Source: Eledone cirrhosa (lineage: Eukaryota). Taken from it: a stretch of 64,000 nucleotides of DNA. The stretch is taken from assembly GCA_964016885.1 (NCBI GenBank), contig OZ024740.1:230454001-230518000 (forward strand), written 5' to 3'. The notes under the pieces are model-generated. The model saw only the letters and a program-made list of their open reading frames with translations. It was not told the origin of the DNA and searched no databases. Each line of letters begins with the position of its first letter. Positions within the stretch are counted from its first letter, which is position 1. The translations under genes and the position numbers were made by a program. Of this stretch, positions 54,350 through 64,000 are shown piece after piece.

Positions 54350-55640
54350 CACAGTGTTTGTGTGTGTTTCAATGTTTGTACGCATGCATGTCAGCATGTG
54401 TGCACATGCGTGTGCGTTTGAGTAAATACTCGTATAAGTGTGTGAGTGTGTGTGTGTGTGTCAATGTTTGTACGCATGCTTGTGCGTGTGGGTTTGTGTA
54501 GACATTACATACATGTGTATTCATGTGCATGCATAAACATATACATATGTGTCAGTGTGTGTGTATATATATGTATGCGTGCATACGTATGTATGTGTGC
54601 ATACGTATGTATGCGTATAATGTTTGAGCGTATATATGCATATATGTAGACATACATATGCGGCTATGTGGTTTTATGTATGTATGCGTATGTTTGGGTA
54701 TGTATGTCTGTTGGTTTGTGTATATGTGTAGGCATACATATATGTGCGTATGAGTGTATGTATATATACGTTTATACATTTGGGTCTGTGTATGCATATA
54801 TATATGTATATATGTATTTCTGTAGACATACGTATATTATATATGCGTGTATATTTGTGTGGATGTGAGCATGTGTATATGTGTGCATATATATGTATAC
54901 GTATGCATATATATGTATACGTGCATAATTGGAGATACGCATGCATGCGTTTGTAGATGCATACGTATATGTAAGTAAATGTGTGTATATACGCACGTGT
55001 TTCGGTATGTGATTATGTATATGTAAATGTGTATACAGTAGGCAAAAATGTTTATGTATATGTGTATATTATTTTGATACGCTTGGTATTATACACGTGT
55101 TTGTGTATTTGTGCATATGTATACGTATATATGATTGTGTATGTGTATGTGTGATTGTGTAGGTATATATATATATATGTATGTATACGTGTTTGGATAT
55201 ATGTAAGCACACCTGTGTGTATATATATTTATATATTCTTTTTTTCTGTAGGCATGCGTATATGTGTGTATTTGTATGTATACATATGCAGTGGAGTATG
55301 TGTATGTATGTGTAGACATATATATATGTATATGTATGTATACGTATATGTGTGAGTAAATGAATATGTATGTGTATGTGTTTACTTTTGTGAGGTATGT
55401 GTATATGTATGTATATATGTGTTCGTGTAAGCATACCTAGATGTATGTGTATATGTATAGATATGTATACGAGTATGTGTACATATGTATATATATTTAT
55501 ATAAGCATACATATACATGGGTTAATGTGTCTATGTATCTATGTGTATATATGTATTGGTATGTGTCTATGTATCTATGTGTATATATGTATTGGTATGT
55601 GTGTATTTGAATAAGGGTACGTATGTCTGTATGTGTATAC
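54350..55640. repeat. Degenerate (TG/TA)n alternating purine-pyrimidine tract
   Basis: Directly visible. Confidence 0.9.
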
Positions 55641-56151
55641 GTAGAGGACCCACTGTACCATTTCATTCCATCCTCCGCCGCCAAAGATTCGAGCAAACAA
55701 CGAGAAAAATATCGGATAGCAAAAACAAAAGATTAATAACAAATTGGTTGTCAGCAAGTATCACTATAATCCTGTATGTTACATTTCAACAAGATGAGTT
55801 GCACGAGGATGACTTTGTCTGCTCGCCACTGCCAGGAGCATCTAAACTCTCTTCACGAAAGTATGGTACATAATTGATAGTGATGGGGGGGGGGGGGGGG
55901 TATGGTTGTCTTTCCATATGAATCTATGTGTATCATTATATATATATATATATATACACACACACATATGCATGCATGTACATACGCACACATATATATA
56001 TACACACACACACATATATGCACATACATACATACATACATACATACATACATACATACACATACATACATACATACATACATACATACATACATACATA
56101 CATACATACATACATACATACATACATACATACATACACACACACACATTG

Positions 56152-56192
<41 letters not shown>

Positions 56193-56197
<5 letters not shown>

Positions 56198-56390
56198 AAC
56201 CAGTAAGACCCCGACAGCTGAGCTCAAGCCGTTTCGACGGCTAATTCTGGACGCGTCCAGAATTAGCCGTCGAAACGGCTTGAGCTCAGCTGTCGGGGTC
56301 TTACTGGTTCCTATTACCCACTCTACTACCTCAAGTATTGAGTACTTTGGTGCGTTATGGTCCACCTGGTTCCTTACCACATTTCCTTCG

Positions 56391-56392
<2 letters not shown>
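56193..56392. mobile_element. Family A palindromic element, copy 3
   Basis: Identical to copy 1; fold-back CTGGAC-GC-GTCCAG at 56253/4; (TA)n flanks. Confidence 0.9.
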
Positions 56393-56435
<43 letters not shown>

Positions 56436-56437
<2 letters not shown>

Positions 56438-56686
56438 CTGCCAAGAAAATAGAGAAATCTGCATAGTGTGGATGTGTGGATGTTTTCAAGAACCATCTTA
56501 ACAGTCTGCTATCCATGATCTAAGATGAACCCACAGCACGGAACGAACGTAACCTAAGGGAAGCAGAAACGAAGTCCCTCCTACATCAATGGCCAGCCAA
56601 CGCAGGCTGAATGTAAAAGGTGTAGCAACAATGGTGGTGCTTAGCATGGCCTCAGCCGGATGGCTGGTACGGGTAAAAGAGTAATA
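56436..56686 (+). mobile_element. CR1/L2-like LINE 3' end
   Basis: LPRKIxNLHSVDVDVFKNHLNSLLSMI.DEP-like C-terminal peptide followed by a short UTR. Confidence 0.45.
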
Positions 56687-57917
56687 CATATATGTATATA
56701 TATACACACACACATACATATATCAGTTCTATAGAGTGTAGCGAATGCTTCGTACGGTGCGAAAATTTGTGTGTGTATGTGTGTGTGTGTGCAACAAATT
56801 GCAACTGGTGTATGTGTATTTCGTTGAAACGCTGTCAGTTCGTTTAAGCTAGATGAAATTATACTCAGAACAGCGAGAGAGAAAAAATTACGTCGTGCAT
56901 AATGGAGAAATTAACTTCAAGACATGATTTGAATAATATATTTTTTGTTATAACGGTGAAGCTGTATCAGTGACTTAAGGGGCTCCAATTTCATTGGGCT
57001 TAAAACTGTAGGTCTTTGTACCAACGATAAAGTATATATCTTTACGGTGAGGTGGCTGAGTTGTTATAACGTTGGACAGAATGCTTTGCGATGTTCGTTC
57101 CGACTTTTTGTTCTCGGAATTCAAATTCCACCGACAGCAACTTTGCCTTTCATCCATTCGAGTTTGATAAAAGAGAAAGCACTAGTACTGAAGTCGATTC
57201 TTCCTTTATATCTCTTTCTCACTTCCATTCTCTCAGTCTCGTTCCTTCTATGGAAAAAATCTGCTGTGCGCAGGCCTAGAAAGGAGATGGGCACCGCAAG
57301 GTTTAAAAAGAAATGCCCTAGAAACGCCGTATGTCAATGCCGCGTCCCTATGACTCACTCGGGAGTTATAGTACCGTACCTACCTAACGTCAGATGACAT
57401 AATAAAAGAATAAAATTTCTATGCACTGAGTTTTCATCGCCCCACCTTTTTTATCGCCTTTATCATAGATGTTACAAATTGCCAGGTATTGGCTTGTTAG
57501 AGATATGTGGCTAACGACGCTATTGGTCACAAATTGCTACATAAAAGTTTGTTTTTTTAAATAGGAGAATCGATCGACAAGATCCCAGACCTCATTCATT
57601 TACCGAATGGGCTGGATCTCGTCAGACCGGATCGAAAAAACAATGGTTCTATTGCTAATACTATCTATCGGTCGCAACTCCTCTCAGAAGGAACAACATA
57701 AAATAAAGTGTCTTGCCCAAGGACTTAACTCCTCACCCGATCCGGGAATCGAACTCGCAACCTCACCATTCTCTAACCACTAAGCCACCCATTTTCACTT
57801 TAAAAATAAGTAAAAGAAAAACTTTAATGTAAAAAAAACATTTAAAACCGAATAAAGCTGAAATTAGGGATAATTGTTCTCCCTTAATGATAATGGAATT
57901 TGATATATTTACTTAGA

Positions 57918-57971
<54 letters not shown>

Positions 57972-59222
57972 TTCGTCATCATACGCGAATAAAACGACCA
58001 AAACAGCAATGTGGTGAGAGGTAAAAAAAAACATACCACATGGTCCTTCACACGGGTTAACAAGGTACGCGTTCAAGCCTTAGGTAGAGAGGCCTGTTCG
58101 AAAAATATATTTCAGTCTCCATTTCATGCCGTAAAAACTGACGATGGGCCTGCGACCAGTCCCGTGAATGGGCGCACAAAGATTGCGTAACCCGAGACCC
58201 TAAAGAGGAGAAAGAGAAAATACTTGGTCATCATTCAATTGCAGTAGCAAATACGTCTAATACTCGTTCCAGCCCCTGCAGTTATAATTCCATACTACTG
58301 CAAGACATCACGGTTGACATTCTCACTCAAACAAATCAATCACTCCACTGCTATAGACTGCTACTTTATTTTATCAACCTAGAAACTATGGAAGGCAAAG
58401 TTGGCCTCACAGGGATTTGATCTCAGATCCGCACAGAACCAGAACAAATATCACGAGATATTCCACCCGACGCTCTCACAACAATTTACCGTCGATATAA
58501 TGTATATATTGATCTAATCAATGAAAACGTCCGTATAGAGCTAGTAAACAATGACTGACTAGGGGAAGTATCTAAACCAAGGTATACAGAGATAAGTGAA
58601 TATAAAAAAATAATAATTACATTTTTTTTTAAATAAGATAAAATAAAAAAAATTAAAAAGTGAAGGCCAACTGGAGGTAAAATAATCATTAAAAAAAGAT
58701 AAGGAAAAAATGGGAAGCAAGGAAAGCTGTAAAGCAGCTAGAAGGTTCTGTTGTTGAATATTTTCGTAACCTCCATGAACTCAAATATTTTATTAATAGT
58801 TGGTAGATGTTTTACAATATATTGTATCTCTAATTGTTACTTTTTTTAATTATTAGCTTGAAGATGTCCCCTTTCACAGATGATACTTTTTACATTGGAA
58901 CAAATAATGCTAAAGAGGTTCTGGGAAGTCACCAACACCAAAATAGGTCAACAGTAATCATACACACTTACGTTGTACAATTGAGGAAAGAACGTAGTTA
59001 TCATCCGTAGACATGTATAAGTAGACACGGATAAACTGTGTTGCAGGGGACATAACTCTCTTAAAATGCCTTGCTTTAAGAGAGATAACTCTAAACAAAA
59101 AACAAGAAATTCCGATGCAAGAAACGTAAGTCATCTGTTTAGTGAACATTAGGGTAGGTAACTCTGGCCTCATGGTATCTGTTTATGGAACCATTAATAT
59201 TTTATTTACATTCCACGGAATA

Positions 59223-59612
59223 ATAATTGTTTCTATTTTTGGCACAAGGCCAGCAATTACCCAATGTATTACTGGTACTTTATTTTATCGACCCCGTAAG
59301 GATGAAAGGCAAAGCTAAACTCGGTGAGATTTTAAGTCAGAACGTAAAGGGACGTAACTCTATGCTTCAAAGCGTGGTGTCCGACTCTCTACCGATACTG
59401 CTAATGATTTCTAGTATAGGTACAATTTGAAGTGGAGGGGAAAGTCGATTAAATCGACCCAGTACATTACTGATGCTTTATTCTATCGACCTCGTAAGGA
59501 TGAAAAGCTAAGTTAACCTCAGCGGGATTTGAACTCAGACCGTAAAGGGCCGTAACTTTATGCTGCAAAGCATGGTGTCTGACTCTCTACCGATACTGCC
59601 AATCCACCGCCC
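59223..59612 (-). mobile_element. Two tandem tRNA SINE copies
   Basis: Same SINE core and B box. Confidence 0.85.
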
Positions 59613-60230
59613 TTTTTTCCACGGAATAATAAATAAAACGAGAAGAAAAAAACAAACAGAGGAGGAGAAAACGATACACATTCGTCTGGACAGCCACACG
59701 GAGAAGATGGTAAAAATATTGCTACGAAAAGCAGCTAACGTGTCCAGTTTACGGGGATCTTTCCTGAAAGTGTTCCTTAGAACTTTATATAAAACAGAGA
59801 AGCAGTAAAAAATACACTGGGTACAACCAAATAATGATGCCAATCCCTAACCCAAAACTGCAACAACAAAAAAGATTATATCGTAATAACTCTATATCCA
59901 TTTTGCCCGATTGTTAAAAAACGCTCTAAAACTAGATGTAAATCATGGAACATAAAAGGTGGAGGGGGGGGATTCTAAAATATGCAGAAGTATCTGTTGG
60001 GTGGTATATACGCCCGAGAGAGAGAAATTAACATGACTGTAATAGCATGTTTTTGTAAAGAGGAGGTGGAAGATATGCAAGGAGGACTGGAATACACGCA
60101 TATATACATATCCATGTATACACACGAACACATATACAGAATCTACACCTATATGACCTATACAACTTTACAATATGCACATACATATCACATATACATG
60201 CATAAGTATATATATATATATATATATATA

Positions 60231-60403
60231 TGTTTCTACTTTTGGCACAAGGCCACCAATTTCCCCAGTATATTACTGGTACTTTATTTTATCGACCCCG
60301 TAAGGATGAAAGACAAAGTTAACCTCAGTGGGATTTGAACTCAGATCATAGAGGGGCGTAACTCTATGCTACAAAGCATGGCATCCGGCGCTTTACCGAT
60401 ACT
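60231..60403 (-). mobile_element. tRNA SINE, nearly identical to 51186-51365
   Basis: Shares diagnostic variants (GACAAAGTTAACCTCAGTGGG, GATCATAGAGGGGCG). Confidence 0.88.
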
Positions 60404-61894
60404 GAGGATATATGTATCGTAAATCCACACTACCAAAATCATATTTCTAACCAGCAGAGGTAATTAACTCCTATAGAGACTTCTCAACATGATCATTGAA
60501 TAGTTACCTCCCTTAGTTATTACGTCCCTTTACAACTGCCATTGCTGTTTAAGTAAGTACACACACTTATAACCCAGGGACAATGCATTACGATGTACTG
60601 CATCCACTGTAATTCAACTCCTATCTTGATTAACCTCTGCCTTGAATGAACTTTCACTCAGGTTGGCTGGTTAGACCAACTTCGATTGGCATCTGTGTAA
60701 ACAACTATATCTTCTCTGAGGATCCTATGCCACAGCGGTAACGACTTACATGTACGTAAATAAGTTACTTGCTGTGGTGTAGGTGAAACATTATGTAAGA
60801 AGTAAAATTTTGTTTTAAACGATCTGCAACTCCTGCATTTATTTATTTTGCGTATATATATATAAATGCAAATAAATATGTATATGAGAGGAATAAACAG
60901 ACACAGGAAGAAAGTACATGGAGGTAGATAAAGTAAAAATAATTGGGTGGGGAGAATATCTTTGTCCAGGAAATGACAACTGAGCAGAGCTTAGCTGTTG
61001 GTTTGATTATTGCCTCAGTTGTAAGTAAGTGTAATTTTTTATTCTCCAAGGGTATGTGTTGGTCTGAAATATAGGTATGATTCTATGATTTATTGATTCA
61101 ATGCCTGCATTTAGTCACACACTCCAATTCTTGTTGATCAATGGGCCTTTCTCAAACAAGATGCAGAGTACTTCTTCTGAACACAAATTACAAGGGCCAT
61201 TCCCCTCATGAGTGTTTATGCTTTGGTGATAATGTTCCAGTTGATATGATATCTCTCTTTTTGTCTAAGCATCACAAGTGGCTGGAGAGGTTTATTACAA
61301 ACCTCCCGACCGGGTCTCTGAATGATTGAGAATCCAGTGCAGTTACAGCAATTAGTTTGGTGCTGTGGTTGTGTTGATATAACTAGTGGATCTGTGTCTG
61401 TCTAGCTTAGATTTGTTGGATGCTGTTATAAGTTTGATGTCAAGTATTAAAGATTTTGTGGTAGTAGCGTAGTGGTAGGAAAGACTTCCAGATCATTCCT
61501 AAAAACCTAGCAAGTTGTGTCACTACTTGAGCATTGTAGGGTAAGTTGTACCATGTAACCCTATTCTTTCTGTTTCTGCAGTGGCTGCATTCCACCTGGG
61601 GTTAGGACACCAGTCCATCGCAGGGGGGTTAAACCTCCAGCTGCTGCTGGTATTCATTTTCAGCTGAAGGGCTTTACTCCAAAACACAACATAGTTCAGG
61701 AATTGAACTCACGACATTATGATCATGACTCCAACACTCTAAACACTACACCATAGATAGATAATCCACTCAGAAGGTTCCAGGTGACATTCAAGAAATC
61801 TACCAAGTTCAGGTCAGATTGGATTGTAATACTGAATCCTAAGTCCATGAAGATATATAATACATATACACAAATATATATACACATACATATA

Positions 61895-62830
61895 TCATCA
61901 TCATCATCGTTTAACGTCCATGTTCCACGCTTGCATGGGTTTGGACGGGAGTTTTCCCACTTGAGGCAAGAGTGGTTGTCTTGCTCGCATAGGACTGTCT
62001 GGCGGGTTTTCTACAGCTGGATGCCCTTCCTAACACCAACCACATTTACAGTGTGGGGCTGGGAGGTTTTTACCGTGTTGCCTACACGGCCACATTACAG
62101 CGTGGACTGTCTGGCGGGTTTTCTACAGCTGGATGCCCTTCCTAACACCAACCACATTTACAGTGTGGGACTGGGAGGTTTTTACCGTGTTGCCTACACG
62201 GCCACATTACAGCGTGGACTGTGTGTTTTTTGTCGTGACACCTACACGATCTCATTTGTTTCGGCCTGGATGTTGTGGCACCAACATAACTTTACATTGA
62301 AAGGGGCGGTGTGGATGGGACGGAGGGTGTATTTTGTTAGAGATGCCTACTGACTGTAGTAGGTTTTACTTTGTATTTAGGTAAGGCGGGTCTTCTCTAT
62401 TACTGAGTACCGCCAAAGGTCTCGGTCCAGTGACATTGTCTTGGAGAGGTGTAAGTGTGTGAGGTCGGAATTTATCAGCTCGTCCCAGGTTTTTCTGGGT
62501 CTGCCTACTCCGTGGCTACCATCTATCTTTATTGCCCTGCACTTTGTTATACAGCTGTCGTCTTTCATGCGCATCACGTGACCATACCAACGTAGCCTTC
62601 TCTCGAGTAAACAACATCTGATCCCTCTTATTTCTAATTTTTTCCTTAGTTCGTTTATGCTTTGCCGTTCACGTATATTACTATTACACATCCAGCGGAG
62701 CATGCAAGCTTCGTTCCTCTCTAGTCTGCGTATATCCTCTGCACACAATGCCCAGGTCTCACTGCCATGCAACATTGTTGTTCGTATGCAGGCATCATAC
62801 CACCTGCCTTTCATTTTTAGGGAGAACCCT
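61895..62830 (-). mobile_element. RTE-clade LINE 3' end with 3' UTR and (GAT)n tail
   Basis: ORF 62377-62814 KGRWYDACIRTTMLHGSETW...RRLRWYGHVMRM...GRPRKTW; tail TAAACGATGATGATG; 112-bp tandem duplication 61992-62222 in the UTR. Confidence 0.92.
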
Positions 62831-64000
62831 TGTAAAAGACGAAGTTAGCTACAATAGAAACACTTAGGTGTTTATCATATATTAATTTATATTAACTTGT
62901 ATTTCACGGCTCAGAAATGCTTCTTTCTTTGAGCTAATTAATTGTAAATGACTGTTTGAGGTTAAACTCTAAATATAATATAATGTTACTGCTCCTTCGG
63001 TAGAGCTAATTTTTAATCCCATATAAACGGCTGTTATTTCTAGCGCCATAAATATGAGATAGCTAGAGAGCTGGAAAAACCGAGTGCAAAACCTCGTGCG
63101 TTTTATGCTCGTAAACCAGACCTTAAAAATTTTTTCGAGGTGAAGTAACCTAATTTTTCTGGGTACCTGTTGATAAGCACAGAGAATTGATTATTTCACT
63201 TTTTATACCATCGTTTGCGAAACTTGTTTGGATTTTGAAGTTCGGATTGATCTGCGGAAAAGGTTTGAATTTTGAAATTTAAATTTGTCCAGGTACCACG
63301 GCTATTTGCCAATATAAGTTTGTGTATATTGATTTATTATTTTAAATCGATACAGGCAAGCTATATTTTTATTTGAATTAGTTTATTTCATTCTAGCTAA
63401 CTTCGTCTTTTACAATACAAACACTTACATATATATGTACATTTATACATATCATCATCAATGATTATACATATATATTAGGTGTTAATTTAACAATGCA
63501 AATAATAACAAAGTCGAGTTATTTTACCTATTCATTTCACTGTTTTACAATCATTTTGGAGGGTTGATCATATTGACATATTGACTGATCTATAGCAGTT
63601 ATATAACTGTATACTCTCAGACTTCATATATAGGTTCGATCAGACCGTCTTCTTCGAAAACAATGAAGTTAGAATCTTTATTGGTAATATATAAACAGGG
63701 TTGATACAAGAATAGACATACCATAGAAATACATATTCCAGATTGCCTCCTTAGATTGATGCTGGCAGTGGGAGGAGAATAGTGGAATCATGTGTACAAA
63801 TGTCATCCGAGATGAATAAGCAGTGCAAAGACAATGAATAAGGAGAAAGGGTAGGATGGGAGTGATACAAGAATAGGGGGTATATTAGAAGGGGTAGATG
63901 ATGAAGATGGATAGGAGGACATATAGGAAGAGATGGAAGAAAAGGCAGATGAGGAGGTGGAGAAGAAGGAGGTACAGAAGGAGAAGGCAGAGAAGAGAAA

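Noticed and set aside
55853-56501. Recurrent peptide NEGNVVRNQVDHNAPKYSILEVVEWVIGTSK in family A
   Set aside because: Short chance open frame in a non-coding terminal repeat; it recurs only because the DNA copies are identical

Overview
Repeat-saturated, AT-rich eukaryotic DNA. The tRNA-derived SINEs look like those of Octopus/cephalopod genomes (recognition from memory, not a database hit). I found no confidently identifiable host protein-coding gene. Nearly all ORFs in the track are translations of microsatellites or tandem repeats, and the rest are decayed transposon fragments. Contents: three 5'-truncated Penelope-like retroelements (PLEs; RT + GIY-YIG), one TIR/TSD-complete hAT (Buster/Charlie-type) transposon with an internal 40-bp minisatellite, RTE, Tx1/L1-like, R4/Dong-like and CR1-like LINE ends, many SINEs, and three large tandem arrays (19 bp, 26 bp, ~60-75 bp). 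The main signal is about 15 type-I hammerhead-ribozyme (HHR) folds from roughly 10 unrelated families. Most sit in short, non-coding, fold-back elements inserted in (TA)n microsatellites. Two unrelated families replace the canonical C3-G8 core pair with a compensatory U3-A8 pair (UUGAGAA / UUGAUAA), and two others carry U4C. One U3-A8 family occurs three times with identical shared sequence, fixed outer ends and variable fold-back points. The other forms 320-bp tandem units that would self-cleave into a retrozyme-sized monomer. All structures were folded by eye and none has been tested.
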